56,737 nucleotides of DNA from an uncultured Alphaproteobacteria bacterium. Its GTDB lineage: Bacteria > Pseudomonadota > Alphaproteobacteria > HIMB59 > GCA-002718135. The stretch spans positions 1 through 56,737 of the forward strand of contig CACIRR010000002.1 of the NCBI GenBank assembly GCA_902589095.1, given 5' to 3'. Under the pieces are notes generated by a model. The model was not told where the DNA came from and did no database searches. It saw only the letters and a program-made list of their open reading frames with translations. Positions within the stretch are counted from its first letter, which is position 1, and every line of letters begins with the position of its first letter. The translations under genes and the position numbers were made by a program. Shown in pieces: positions 1-10,103 of the stretch.

Positions 1-1139
1 ATCCTGGAATCTACTTAATTGATATTGCTAACAAAATTAAAAAAATAGATGGAGATAAATGGAGGAATAAAGATACCAATGAAAGAGAGGAATATTTTAA
101 AGATTTTGCTGTAACATACTTAATAGAATTTATTCAAAATGATCTTCAACTTTTAAATATACACTTTGATAAATTTACTTTTGAGAAAGATATAGTATCA
201 AATCAAATAATAAATGAATTATTCAAAATATTGAATGAAAAAAAACTGCTTTACAAAGGAAAGTTAGAAAAACCAAAAGGTGAAGACTCTGATGATTGGG
301 AGCCTAGAGAGCAATTGTTATTTAAATCATCTGATATCTTTGATCATCAAGATAGAGCACTTCAAAAATCAAATGGTGAGTGGACTTATTTTGCAAATGA
401 TGCAGCTTATCATTTAGATAAATACAAAAGAAAATTTGATAAGCTTATTAATATCTGGGGTGCTGATCATATAGGGTACATTCCAAGAATGAGATCAATA
501 TTAAAAACTATTTCAGCTTCAGATGATTATCTTGAAATTTTAACATGTCAGATTGTGAGATTAATCAAAAATAATGAGATTTTAAAAATGTCAAAAAGAG
601 AAGGAAATTTCATTACTTTAAAAGAAGTTTACGATCAAGTTGGTAAAGATCCTCTTAGATATTTTATGATTTCAACAAAAAGTGAAACATCAATGGATTT
701 TGATTTAAATAAAGTTTTAGAAAAAAATAAAGATAATCCAGTATTTTATTGTCAATATGCCTATGCAAGAGCATCATCAGTTATAAACAAGGCTAGTAGT
801 TTAGGAATAAATTTAGAATCATTTGACAAATATAATCAAGCTACAAATAATTTAACTAAAGATGAAATTGAAATAATTTTAAAATTACTTTCTTATCCTT
901 ATATTTTACAACAAGCTTCAAACTATAGAGAACCTCACAGATTAACAAATTTTATAGAAGATATATCAACTTTATTTCATTCTTTTTGGAATAAAGGAAA
1001 AGAGAATGAGTCTCTTAGGTTTATAGATAATCAAGATATAATTAAAACACAATCAAAATTATTATGGTTGCATTCAATGAGAATAGTTTTTGAAAATGTT
1101 TTTAAAATTATAGGTATTGATTTTCACGAAACCATGTGA
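1..1139 (+). CDS. argS: arginyl-tRNA synthetase, C-terminal part (5' end lies outside the window)
   Basis: The frame of ORF 231..1139 stays open back to base 3. It carries a class-I KMSK-type motif (ILKMSKREGNF) and a C-terminal anticodon-binding-like region (FYCQYAYAR...EPHRLTNF). Confidence 0.85.
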   Translation, partial: PGIYLIDIANKIKKIDGDKWRNKDTNEREEYFKDFAVTYLIEFIQNDLQLLNIHFDKFTFEKDIVSNQIINELFKILNEKKLLYKGKLEKPKGEDSDDWEPREQLLFKSSDIFDHQDRALQKSNGEWTYFANDAAYHLDKYKRKFDKLINIWGADHIGYIPRMRSILKTISASDDYLEILTCQIVRLIKNNEILKMSKREGNFITLKEVYDQVGKDPLRYFMISTKSETSMDFDLNKVLEKNKDNPVFYCQYAYARASSVINKASSLGINLESFDKYNQATNNLTKDEIEIILKLLSYPYILQQASNYREPHRLTNFIEDISTLFHSFWNKGKENESLRFIDNQDIIKTQSKLLWLHSMRIVFENVFKIIGIDFHETM

Positions 1140-1657
1140 TGATTGCAAGAAAAATTTTCCAAAGAAAAAAATCTAAAATAAAATTTATTATTATTACTTT
1201 AGTACTCTTATTTATTATAATGACTGTTTATTATTTCTTTGTGGATAATAGAGATGAATTTGTAATTATACCTGAAAACAAAAAACCTTTTTATATAATA
1301 CCAGAGGATCGAGGAGGCCAGAAGGTTGAAAATCTTGACAAAAAAAGTTTGAATTTAAAATCTATAGAGTCAATTAATGAAAATATTAATTTCCCAGATG
1401 ATTTACTTTATAGCATACAATTTTTTTCAGATACTAAATATGAAAATGTGAGTAATTATCTTAAAAAAATTATCAACTCAAAGGAAACTATATATCAAAT
1501 AGATGATTTTTATATTTTGGGATTAAGTACAGAAATAGGTATTGATTATTTTTTAATTTATAAAAATTTTGATACTAGGGAAGAGGCACAATACTATTGC
1601 TCAAATTATCTTTCTAAAATTGAAAATTGTCTAATAGTTGATACTACTAAATTTTAA
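1136..1657 (+). CDS. membrane-anchored SPOR-domain-like protein
   Basis: N-terminal TM helix (FIIITLVLLFIIMTVYYFF). The C-terminal segment YSIQFFSDTKYENV...YFLIYKNFDTREEAQYYC resembles a SPOR peptidoglycan-binding repeat. It overlaps the argS stop by 4 nt. Confidence 0.5.
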   Translation: MMIARKIFQRKKSKIKFIIITLVLLFIIMTVYYFFVDNRDEFVIIPENKKPFYIIPEDRGGQKVENLDKKSLNLKSIESINENINFPDDLLYSIQFFSDTKYENVSNYLKKIINSKETIYQIDDFYILGLSTEIGIDYFLIYKNFDTREEAQYYCSNYLSKIENCLIVDTTKF

Positions 1658-1693
1658 ATTAGCCAGAATCATATTAAATAACTATAGTTAATT

Positions 1694-2464
1694 ATGCTGA
1701 ATATAAACGGTGAATTAAATGAAATAAATTCGTCTAAGCAATTTAATATAACTCTTAATTCGTATGAGGGGCCAATTGATTTATTGCTAGATCTGGCTCG
1801 GAAGCAAAAAGTTGATTTATCTGAAATTTCTATACTAGAATTAGCTGAGCAATACATTAATTTCATTAACCAGTATCAGGATATACATTTAGAGATTGCT
1901 GCAGACTACCTTGTAATGGCTGCATGGCTTACTTATTTGAAATCAAGACTTCTTCTTCCAAAAGAAGAAAAGTCCGAAGATCATACTCCAGAGGAATTAG
2001 AAGAAGCTCTTAAATATCAACTTCAACGATTAGAAGCTTTTCAGTCTGTTTCAAAAAAACTATATTCAAAACCCCTTATAGGGCGAGATGTTTTTTATGG
2101 TGGGTCAGCTGAAGGAGTGAAAGTTAAATATACTATAAGCTATTCTTCAAATCTATTTGATTTATTGCGTGCTTATTCTAGCATTATTCAAAAAGGTGAT
2201 AATATTAGTCATTTAACAATTGCTTATTCTGAATTGTATTCTGTAGATAATGCAATACAAAGATTAAAAAATATTTTTGGAAATGTAACAGAGTGGACAA
2301 ATTTATTAAAACTAATTCCAAAATTTAATGAAAAAAAAATCATAAATAAGTCTATATTGTCATCTAATTTTGTTGCATCTTTAGAATTAGCAAAAAATGG
2401 TTTTATAGAAGTAAAACAGAACGAGTCATTTGGTAATATTTTTGTAAAGTTGAAACAACTATGA
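1694..2464 (+). CDS. scpA: segregation and condensation protein A
   Basis: N-terminal YEGPIDLLLDLARKQKVDLSEISILELAEQY is a typical ScpA kleisin motif. It overlaps the scpB start. Confidence 0.85.
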   Translation: MLNINGELNEINSSKQFNITLNSYEGPIDLLLDLARKQKVDLSEISILELAEQYINFINQYQDIHLEIAADYLVMAAWLTYLKSRLLLPKEEKSEDHTPEELEEALKYQLQRLEAFQSVSKKLYSKPLIGRDVFYGGSAEGVKVKYTISYSSNLFDLLRAYSSIIQKGDNISHLTIAYSELYSVDNAIQRLKNIFGNVTEWTNLLKLIPKFNEKKIINKSILSSNFVASLELAKNGFIEVKQNESFGNIFVKLKQL

Positions 2465-3099
2465 GTACTAATAGAGATAGCAAAATATTAGAAGCAATTT
2501 TATTTGCCTCCGGATCACCAGTTTTAGAGGAAGACCTAAAAGATAAAATGATCAATAAGAAGGAATTTAAAAAAGAAATTGAAAGTCTAAAAGAATTTTA
2601 TCAAAATAGAGGTATTAATTTAATTAAAACTGGAAATAAGTGGTCTTTTAGAACTGCGGAGTCAATCAAAGACGATCTTACAATTTTTAAAACACAAAAA
2701 AGAAAACTATCTAGAGCCGCAATAGAAACATTATCAATAATTGCTTACCAACAACCTATAACTAGATCTGAAATTGAAAATATTCGCGGTGTTCAAATGG
2801 GTAGAGGTTCAATTGATCATCTCATGGAAATAGGATGGATTAAACCATCCGGAAGAAAAAATATACCAGGTAAACCCGCTCTATGGGTAACAACAGAATT
2901 GTTTATGGAGCATTTTGGAATTGAAAATATTTCTGATTTACCAAGTAAAGAAGAGCTTAAAGCTAGTGGATTTTTAGAGAAAAGATCAGCAATAGCTAAA
3001 ATTACAGATATTGCTGGTAAAAATGAATTCCTAGAAGACAAAGAAGTTGACGATGAAGAAACTCTTGAGGACTTTATTCCAGAAGAAAGTGCTAAATAA
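2461..3099 (+). CDS. scpB: segregation and condensation protein B
   Basis: ILEAILFASGSPV...LSRAAIETLSIIAYQQPITRSEIENIRGV is typical of ScpB winged-helix domains. It has an ATGA overlap with scpA. Confidence 0.85.
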   Translation: MSTNRDSKILEAILFASGSPVLEEDLKDKMINKKEFKKEIESLKEFYQNRGINLIKTGNKWSFRTAESIKDDLTIFKTQKRKLSRAAIETLSIIAYQQPITRSEIENIRGVQMGRGSIDHLMEIGWIKPSGRKNIPGKPALWVTTELFMEHFGIENISDLPSKEELKASGFLEKRSAIAKITDIAGKNEFLEDKEVDDEETLEDFIPEESAK

Positions 3100-3195
3100 T
3101 TTGAGAAATCTCTAGTTTTCTATCTTAAAATTATATTTATTGAGTTTTACTTTTATAAATTATACGTTAAGAGCATTCTTAAAAGGAGATAATTT

Positions 3196-3381
3196 ATGAC
3201 ACCAAGTATTTGGCAACTTCTAATTGTTTTAGTCATCGTGTTATTATTATTTGGAAGAGGTAAAATACCTCAGCTCATGGGTGATATGGCGAAAGGAATT
3301 AAATCTTTTAAAAAAGGTATGAGCGATGATGATAAAAAAGAAGATAAAAATATAGAGAATAATTCTGATAGTGAAAAGTAA
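3196..3381 (+). CDS. tatA: twin-arginine translocase subunit TatA/E
   Basis: 61 aa with a single TM plus amphipathic helix ([33 protein letters not shown]). AAGGAGA Shine-Dalgarno sequence lies upstream. Confidence 0.9.
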   Translation: MTPSIWQLLIVLVIVLLLFGRGKIPQLMGDMAKGIKSFKKGMSDDDKKEDKNIENNSDSEK

Positions 3382-3383
3382 TT

Positions 3384-3713
3384 ATGCTTACTTTTGGCTG
3401 GGGTGAAATTCTTCTAGTTTTTATTGTCGTAATAGTAGTCGTTGGACCAAAAGATCTACCTAAATTAATTAAACAATTATCTTCTTTTACCAAATCGTTA
3501 AAAAAACTTTCTAAAGAATTCAAATCTTCTTTAAACGAAATTGCTGACCATGAAGATTTTAAGGAAGTTAAATCTTCCATAAAAGAAGTTCATAAAATTA
3601 AAGATGATATTGATGTAAAAGGTAAACTTAAATCCGAAATAAACTCAATAAAGGAAACTAGTGATATCATCGATAAGGAAGTAAAAGATTTGAAAAATAT
3701 TAGCAACAAATGA
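3384..3713 (+). CDS. tatB: twin-arginine translocase subunit TatB
   Basis: FGWGEILLVFIVVIVVVGPKDLPKL N-terminus with a long charged helical tail. It lies between tatA and tatC. Confidence 0.8.
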   Translation: MLTFGWGEILLVFIVVIVVVGPKDLPKLIKQLSSFTKSLKKLSKEFKSSLNEIADHEDFKEVKSSIKEVHKIKDDIDVKGKLKSEINSIKETSDIIDKEVKDLKNISNK

Positions 3714-4471
3714 GTAAAGAAAATCAATTAGAGGAAATGTCATTAATTGATCATTTAACTGAGTTGCGTAAAAGACTTTTATGGAGTTTTGTATACGTCA
3801 TTATAATTTTTCTTATTTGTTTTTATTTTGCTAGTGATTTATTTTATTTTCTTGCCAAACCTCTAGTTAACTTATTGCAAGTAGATAAAGGGCAAGGATT
3901 TATCTATACCGCTTTGCAAGAAGCTTTTTTTACTGAATTAAAAATTGCTTTCTTTTTTGCACTATTTTTTGCGTTCCCCTTAATTGCAATTCAAATATGG
4001 AAATTTATTGCCCCTGGCCTCTATCGAAATGAAAAAAACGCTTTTTTACCATTTCTAGTAGCCACTCCCATTTTGTTTTTTGCTGGTGGAGCTATGGTGT
4101 ATTACTTAATTGCACCTCTTGCTTGGAATTTTTTTCTTTCTTACCAAAATATGAGTAGTTCAGGTGTCCCTATTAGATTGGAAGCTAAAATGGGTGAGTA
4201 TTTATCTTTAATGATGAGATTTATCTTTGCTTTTGGATTAGCATTTCAATTGCCTGTTGTTCTAGGCCTGATGGCAAAAGTCGGAATTGTTAATTATCAA
4301 TCTTTAAAAAAATTTAGGAAATATGCAATTGTAATTGCTTTTTTATCTGCTGCTTTTTTAACTCCACCAGATCCTTTTAGTCAAATTAGTCTCGCATTAC
4401 CGATAATATTACTTTATGAAGTTTCTATTTATATTGCTAAAATAATTCAAAAAAACAAACAAGAAGAGTAA
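3710..4471 (+). CDS. tatC: twin-arginine translocase subunit TatC
   Basis: LIDHLTELRKRLL N-terminus, six predicted TM segments, and a TPPDPFSQ motif. Confidence 0.9.
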   Translation: MSKENQLEEMSLIDHLTELRKRLLWSFVYVIIIFLICFYFASDLFYFLAKPLVNLLQVDKGQGFIYTALQEAFFTELKIAFFFALFFAFPLIAIQIWKFIAPGLYRNEKNAFLPFLVATPILFFAGGAMVYYLIAPLAWNFFLSYQNMSSSGVPIRLEAKMGEYLSLMMRFIFAFGLAFQLPVVLGLMAKVGIVNYQSLKKFRKYAIVIAFLSAAFLTPPDPFSQISLALPIILLYEVSIYIAKIIQKNKQEE

Positions 4472-5733
4472 TGCATAATATAAATTATATTAGAGAAAAC
4501 CCTGTAGAGTTTGATAATTTCATGAAATCTAGAGGTGAAAAATCTGTTTCTCAAAAAATTATAGATCTAGATAAGGAAAAAAGAGAAGCTCAAACAGCTT
4601 TACAAAATCTATTATCGGAAAGAAATCAATTGTCCAAAAATATAGGTAAATTGAAAGGTGAAAAAAAAGATGCCTCTCAAGAAATGGTGCAAGTTGATGA
4701 ATTAAAAAATAAGATCAATGCTCTAAAAGAATTAGAAGTTATTAAAAATGATGAGTTGTCAGCAATTTTAAGTAGACTTCCTAACATACCAGACTCTAGT
4801 ACTCCAATAGGAGCTAATGAAGAAGAAAATGTATTCTATAGAGATTGGGGAGATAAACCATCTTTTGATTTTGATCCAAAACAACATTTTGAGATTGGTG
4901 AAAATGCTAATTTAATGAATTTTGAGACTGCAACCAAATTATCTGGTTCTAGGTTTGTTATTTTAAAAGGTCAGCTTTCAAAATTAGAAAGAGCAATAGC
5001 AAATTTTATGATAGATAAACATACATCAGAAAACGGTTATGTTGAATTGCATGTACCTTATTTGGTAAAAGCAGATACATTATACGGAACTGGTCAACTG
5101 CCAAAATTTGCAGATGATTTATTCACTGCAGGTGATGATCATTGGCTAATACCAACTGCAGAAATACCCCTTACAGCCCTACATAGTAATGAAATATTAA
5201 ATATAAACCAACTTCCAATGAGAGTTACATCTTACACCCCTTGTTTCAGATCTGAAGCAGGCGCAGCTGGAAAAGACACAAGAGGAATGCTTAGGCAACA
5301 CCAGTTTACTAAAGTTGAACTTGTGTCACTAGTTGAGCCCGAACATTCAAAAGATGAATTAGAAAGAATGCTTAGCTGTGCAGAGGGTATACTTCAAGAT
5401 TTGAATCTTCATTATAGAGTTATGACTTTATGCACTGGTGATATGGGTTTCAATGCCAATAAAACATATGATATTGAAGTTTGGTTGCCAGGCGAAAATA
5501 AATATCGAGAAATCTCAAGTTGCTCAAATTGTGGGGACTTTCAAGCACGAAGAATGAATACTAGATACAAAAAAGATGAAAAAAATATACATATACATAC
5601 ATTAAATGGATCAGGATTGGCTGTAGGAAGAACTTTAATAGCTATACTTGAAAATTATCAAATTGCTGATGGAAACGTTAAAATTCCTGATGCCCTTAAA
5701 AAATATTTTGATAATCAAGATACTTTATTTTAG
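4471..5733 (+). CDS. serS: seryl-tRNA synthetase
   Basis: N-terminal coiled-coil arm and class-II motifs (FRSEAGAAGKDTRGMLRQHQFTKVE; TLNGSGLAVGRTLIAILEN). Confidence 0.95.
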   Translation: MHNINYIRENPVEFDNFMKSRGEKSVSQKIIDLDKEKREAQTALQNLLSERNQLSKNIGKLKGEKKDASQEMVQVDELKNKINALKELEVIKNDELSAILSRLPNIPDSSTPIGANEEENVFYRDWGDKPSFDFDPKQHFEIGENANLMNFETATKLSGSRFVILKGQLSKLERAIANFMIDKHTSENGYVELHVPYLVKADTLYGTGQLPKFADDLFTAGDDHWLIPTAEIPLTALHSNEILNINQLPMRVTSYTPCFRSEAGAAGKDTRGMLRQHQFTKVELVSLVEPEHSKDELERMLSCAEGILQDLNLHYRVMTLCTGDMGFNANKTYDIEVWLPGENKYREISSCSNCGDFQARRMNTRYKKDEKNIHIHTLNGSGLAVGRTLIAILENYQIADGNVKIPDALKKYFDNQDTLF

Positions 5734-6359
5734 TGTTAGATGTTAAGAAAATTAGGTTAATTCTAGAATTAAGAGAGTCCGGTATAGCTGACTCGAATAT
5801 TTTATCAGCAATAGAAAAAATACCTAGGGAAAAATTTATACCCTATAATTTTCGAAACCAAGCTTATGATAATATTGCATTACCGATTGGCGATAACCAA
5901 ACTATTAGCCAACCATTTGTTGTTGCAAAAATGACCCAACTATTGGAAGTTCAACCAAAATTTAAAATATTAGAGATTGGAACAGGAAGCGGTTATCAGA
6001 GTGCAGTACTGTCAAAATTAGTAAGAAGAGTTTACACTATAGAAAGAATTAAAAGTTTACTTATTAAAGCTGAAAAAGTTTTTGAAGAACTAAAAATATC
6101 AAATATTGTATCAAAATACGCAGATGGTAATCTTGGTTGGAAAGAACAAATTCCATTTGATAGAATTATAATAACAGCTGCAACTCCATTTATATCCAAG
6201 GAAATAGAATCACAAATTAATGAAGGTGGAATTATTGTTGCGCCAATGATTATGAAAAATAAACAGGTAATCGTTAAGTATAAAAAAATTGGAAATAAAT
6301 TGGAGTCACAAATTTATGATGATGTACTTTTTGTTCCTAATTTATCAGGCACAGAATAA
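5733..6359 (+). CDS. pcm: protein-L-isoaspartate O-methyltransferase
   Basis: QTISQPFVVAKM and SAM-binding ILEIGTGSGYQSAVL motifs. GTG start overlaps the serS stop. Confidence 0.85.
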   Translation: MLDVKKIRLILELRESGIADSNILSAIEKIPREKFIPYNFRNQAYDNIALPIGDNQTISQPFVVAKMTQLLEVQPKFKILEIGTGSGYQSAVLSKLVRRVYTIERIKSLLIKAEKVFEELKISNIVSKYADGNLGWKEQIPFDRIIITAATPFISKEIESQINEGGIIVAPMIMKNKQVIVKYKKIGNKLESQIYDDVLFVPNLSGTE

Positions 6360-6360
6360 G

Positions 6361-7728
6361 TTATAAATTAAGAATACTCCTATATTTTTTATTACAAAAA
6401 TAGAAGTACGACAAACCTATCGACCAATGCATAAAAGCTATTGAATAAAACATTAGCGTATAACTCTCACCAAATTGATAAAAAATTATTGATATCATAA
6501 CTAATGGAATAAGAACAAATCTCATAATTGCCATATACATTACAATGATTGCTTTTTTTAATCCTTGAAAAGTTGCATTTCCAATAAAAAAGAAAGGGAA
6601 CGCAGGAAACATTAATGCTGAAATCTTAAGATAATTAGAGCCAAATTTTATAACTTCCTTGTTTTCTGTAAATAAACTCATTGCTATTTCTGATGTAATA
6701 AAAATTATTATGCCTAGAATTGATAATATTGTTACTGCGACCCCAATAGCTTTTTTATATGTTTCCAAAACACGAGTAAATTGTTTTGCACCAAAATTTT
6801 GACCAACTATTGATACTGTGGCTGTGCTTAGACCTAGCAAAGGTAAAAAAAATAATTGCTCATATCTACCTGCTGCAGTGTAACCTGCAATTGCATCGAC
6901 TCCAAAAAAACCCACAAAAAAAATTAAAATATATGAACCAACTGCAATCATCATCATGCCAATAGAAGCTGGAATACCCTGAGATAATATATTTTTAATA
7001 ATTTCAATATTCGGAATAATTGTAATTTTTACATAATTATAAATTACAGTTTTAGACAATTTTCTATAAAGATAAAAAATTCCAACAAATTGAGATATTA
7101 TTGTAGCGTAGGCAATGCCATCAATTCCTAAGGGTGAAAATAGTTGATAATTAAAAAATTTTCCCGAAATTAGTATTGGATTAAGTGCTATATTTAAAAA
7201 AAAACTAAAGATTAAAACATTTCTATAGCTTTTTGTGTCTCCTTGTGCGCTCAAAGATGAGTTAATTGACATTAATATAAAGATGAAAATCGAGCCAAAG
7301 AAAATGATATTTATATATCTCAAGGATAAATCCAATGTTATCAAATCTTTGTTCATGAATTGAATAAGTGACGGACTAAAATATATACCAATGCACGTAA
7401 CAATTAATGCTACTAAAATTGAAAGCAAAAAAGACTGCGTGAAAATCTTTCCCGAATTATATAAATTATCTTCACCTATGCTATTCGCTATTAAAGAAGT
7501 TGTTCCAATACTTAAACCTACACCTAAAGCTATGATTATGAAATAAATTGGAAATATTTGTCCAATTGCTGCGAGAGCCTCATCGGAAATCATTTTACCT
7601 GCAAAGATTGAGTCTACAACTGAATATAAATTTTGAAATATAGTTCCAATAGAGGAGGGAATTGCTATTTTTATAAATAACGAATAAATACTATCATTTT
7701 TTAAATTAATATTATGACTTTTAGACAT
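6361..7728 (-). CDS. MATE family efflux transporter
   Basis: 455 aa with about 12 TM segments. The N-terminal FIKIAIPSSIGTIFQNLYSVVDSIFAGK pattern is typical of MatE repeats. Confidence 0.8.
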   Translation of the reverse strand: MSKSHNINLKNDSIYSLFIKIAIPSSIGTIFQNLYSVVDSIFAGKMISDEALAAIGQIFPIYFIIIALGVGLSIGTTSLIANSIGEDNLYNSGKIFTQSFLLSILVALIVTCIGIYFSPSLIQFMNKDLITLDLSLRYINIIFFGSIFIFILMSINSSLSAQGDTKSYRNVLIFSFFLNIALNPILISGKFFNYQLFSPLGIDGIAYATIISQFVGIFYLYRKLSKTVIYNYVKITIIPNIEIIKNILSQGIPASIGMMMIAVGSYILIFFVGFFGVDAIAGYTAAGRYEQLFFLPLLGLSTATVSIVGQNFGAKQFTRVLETYKKAIGVAVTILSILGIIIFITSEIAMSLFTENKEVIKFGSNYLKISALMFPAFPFFFIGNATFQGLKKAIIVMYMAIMRFVLIPLVMISIIFYQFGESYTLMFYSIAFMHWSIGLSYFYFCNKKYRSILNL

Positions 7729-8558
7729 TATATTTTTTGAATTTTTGGTTTTATATTACAATATTCATCTTTTAAAAGATGATACAGTTCCTTAACACAT
7801 TCTTTCATTAATTTTATTAGGTACGGTGACCCATCAAATAATATAATGCCTGATCCTTTCATCCCAACTTCTTCATCATATTTTTTCACTGGTAATTCAA
7901 TTCTAGTTATTCTATTCGATCCAATTTTTCTTATATTTTCAATAAATAGGTCATTGTTTTCAATATTCAAAACTGGGTACCAAATTATTGCTGTCAAATT
8001 TTCAAATTTTGCATTTAGTGTTCTTAGAGTATTCAAAACTTTATCAAAATCATCTTTTATTTCATAAGATGGGTCAATTAATACCAGGGTTTTTTTCTTT
8101 TCATTTACTTTATTAACAAACTCAAAACCATCCTTATTGAATATTTTTGCATTTAGATTCTTCGATAAATTTTTCCTCAATAATTTAAATTCATTATTGT
8201 GAAGCTCATAACATAATATTTGGTCTAGATTGTCAGCTAGATGACTCATAATTAATGGAGATCCAGGATAAAATAATAATTTTTTACATTTATTTATATT
8301 TCTTAAAACTTTTAAATAATAATTTATTGATTGATTTTCGAATTTGTAATTTTCTAATTTGGTTATTCCTCGATTATACTCTTTATTTTTTGACATATAA
8401 TCACTTGCAAATTTATAAATCCCACTACCTGAGTGAGTGTCAACATAAGTGATTGATTTATGGTGTCTTTTTAGGCTAATGTAAGCCTGTATTAGACATA
8501 TATGTTTTAATACATCAGCTTCATTTCCAGCATGATATCCATGTTTATAACTTAACAT
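7728..8558 (-). CDS. rlmJ: 23S rRNA (adenine2030-N6)-methyltransferase RlmJ-like
   Basis: N-terminal LSYKHGYHAGNEADVLKH and an internal LIDPSYE motif are typical of RlmJ. Confidence 0.8.
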   Translation of the reverse strand: MLSYKHGYHAGNEADVLKHICLIQAYISLKRHHKSITYVDTHSGSGIYKFASDYMSKNKEYNRGITKLENYKFENQSINYYLKVLRNINKCKKLLFYPGSPLIMSHLADNLDQILCYELHNNEFKLLRKNLSKNLNAKIFNKDGFEFVNKVNEKKKTLVLIDPSYEIKDDFDKVLNTLRTLNAKFENLTAIIWYPVLNIENNDLFIENIRKIGSNRITRIELPVKKYDEEVGMKGSGIILFDGSPYLIKLMKECVKELYHLLKDEYCNIKPKIQKI

Positions 8559-8704
8559 TTTATTTAACTTTTATAATATAGCTTGCAATTATTAGAATTA
8601 TTGTTACTTACATCCTTAATTAATTACCGACGAGATTTATAGTTATATTTATTAATTAAAATACAAATCTTATTTCCCATACATTTTTAACAAAAGGAGA
8701 CTAC

Positions 8705-8911
8705 ATGGCTACAGGTAAAATTAAATGGTTTAATCCAACTAAAGGTTACGGATTTATTGAAAACGACGCAGGTGGAAAAGATGTTTTTTTACATATTTCT
8801 GCTTTAGAGGAAGCTGGAATTGATCAGCTTCAAGAAGGTGAAGCTGTTTCATTTGAAATTGGTGAGAACAGAGGAAAAGAAAACGCTATTAACGTAAAAA
8901 AAGTATCATAA
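8705..8911 (+). CDS. cspA: cold-shock domain protein
   Basis: GKIKWFNPTKGYGFI (RNP1) and DVFLHIS (RNP2). 68 aa, AAGGAGA SD, and a 146-nt leader/divergent promoter region upstream. Confidence 0.9.
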   Translation: MATGKIKWFNPTKGYGFIENDAGGKDVFLHISALEEAGIDQLQEGEAVSFEIGENRGKENAINVKKVS

Positions 8912-8914
8912 TAT

Positions 8915-9136
8915 TTGATTAAGATTTTAGAATGGGCTGGAGTTATAACAGCCATTTTGTATTCTTTATTTGTTGCTCTAAACATTGGCCTTGAGTTTTT
9001 GGGCTTTAGTTTATTGTTTATTTCAGCTATTTTGATTGGTGTTTGGGCTTATAAACTTGGACACAAAGGGATATTATTTTTACAAATTTTCTATGCTAGT
9101 GCTGGCATTATAGGAATGTATAGATGGTTTGGTTAA
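8915..9136 (+). CDS. small hydrophobic membrane protein (about 3 TM), function unknown
   Basis: 73-aa ORF with a TTG start and three hydrophobic segments. It overlaps the next gene by 13 nt. No motif recognised. Confidence 0.4.
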   Translation: MIKILEWAGVITAILYSLFVALNIGLEFLGFSLLFISAILIGVWAYKLGHKGILFLQIFYASAGIIGMYRWFG

Positions 9137-9369
9137 GAATAATTTTATTTTTTTTTATATTTGTATCCTCGGTAAATTCTTCAGAATTAAACCAGCAAGA
9201 AATTTCTTATTTTAAGATAATTGATTTAAATAATGATGGTTTTGTATCTGTAGAAGAGATTAATCAATCATTAGATATTATATTTCAGTTGATTGATGTT
9301 AACAAAGATCAATTAATTTCATTATCAGAATTAGAGGAGTTGAAAGAAATTATAGAAATGTTGCAATGA
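9124..9369 (+). CDS. secreted EF-hand pair calcium-binding protein
   Basis: Signal-peptide-like N-terminus (ILFFFIFVSSVNS) and two canonical 12-residue EF loops (DLNNDGFVSVEE, DVNKDQLISLSE). Confidence 0.6.
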   Translation: MVWLRIILFFFIFVSSVNSSELNQQEISYFKIIDLNNDGFVSVEEINQSLDIIFQLIDVNKDQLISLSELEELKEIIEMLQ

Positions 9370-10103
9370 GTATTTGGGGAAGGTTATTAGGTGGTGCGGC
9401 TGGTTTTGCATTAGGTGGTCCAATTGGAGCAATATTGGGCGTAATGGCTGGAGGTGCATTTGATAGAAAAAAACAAAATACTTTTAATTTTTCTAAAATT
9501 TCTCAAGAACAAAAACAACAAATTTTTACAATAAGTTTTATTATATTAGCTGCAAAACTTGCAAAAAGTGATGGCCAAGTTACAGATGATGAAATTCGAG
9601 CCTTCAAAGAAAAATTTAATGTTCCTAAATCAGAACTTAATAAAGTAGGTAAAATTTTTAATGAGGCCAAAAAAGATGTTTATGGATATAAACAAATAGC
9701 CGATCAGGTAGGTCTAGTCTTTTCAAATAACAAAATATTACTTGAGGAGATGCTGAATAATTTATTTTTTATTGCCGCATCTGATGGCCAGATATCTCTA
9801 AAAGAAGTTGAATTGCTAAGATCAATATCCCAATCATTTTCATTTGATGAAAATACTTTTCAACGCATATTTCAAATGAATTTAAAAGATAATGCATCTG
9901 ATCCCTATAGAGTTTTAGATGTTAGCAAAGATGACACTGACCAAGAAATTAGAAAAAAATGGATCCAATTAAATAAAGAGCACCATCCAGATAACTTGAT
10001 TGCTAGAGGTATGCCTAAAGAATTTATTGAACAATCAAACAAGGAATTAGCTGCTATAAATCTAGCCTATGATAAAATAAAAGAAATTAGAGCAAAATCT
10101 TGA
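9366..10103 (+). CDS. djlA: DjlA-type co-chaperone (TM + TerB-like domain + C-terminal J domain)
   Basis: Gly-rich N-terminal TM, a tellurite-resistance-TerB-like middle region (AKSDGQVTDDEI ... ASDGQISLKEVE), and a J domain with HPD (DPYRVLDV...EHHPDN). Confidence 0.75.
   Translation: MSIWGRLLGGAAGFALGGPIGAILGVMAGGAFDRKKQNTFNFSKISQEQKQQIFTISFIILAAKLAKSDGQVTDDEIRAFKEKFNVPKSELNKVGKIFNEAKKDVYGYKQIADQVGLVFSNNKILLEEMLNNLFFIAASDGQISLKEVELLRSISQSFSFDENTFQRIFQMNLKDNASDPYRVLDVSKDDTDQEIRKKWIQLNKEHHPDNLIARGMPKEFIEQSNKELAAINLAYDKIKEIRAKS

Noticed and set aside
8559-8704. Long cspA leader considered as a cold-shock thermosensor or cold-box element.
   Set aside because: This is plausible by analogy with E. 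coli cspA. I could not identify conserved cold-box sequence or alternative pairings by eye, and the region also has to house the divergent rlmJ promoter.
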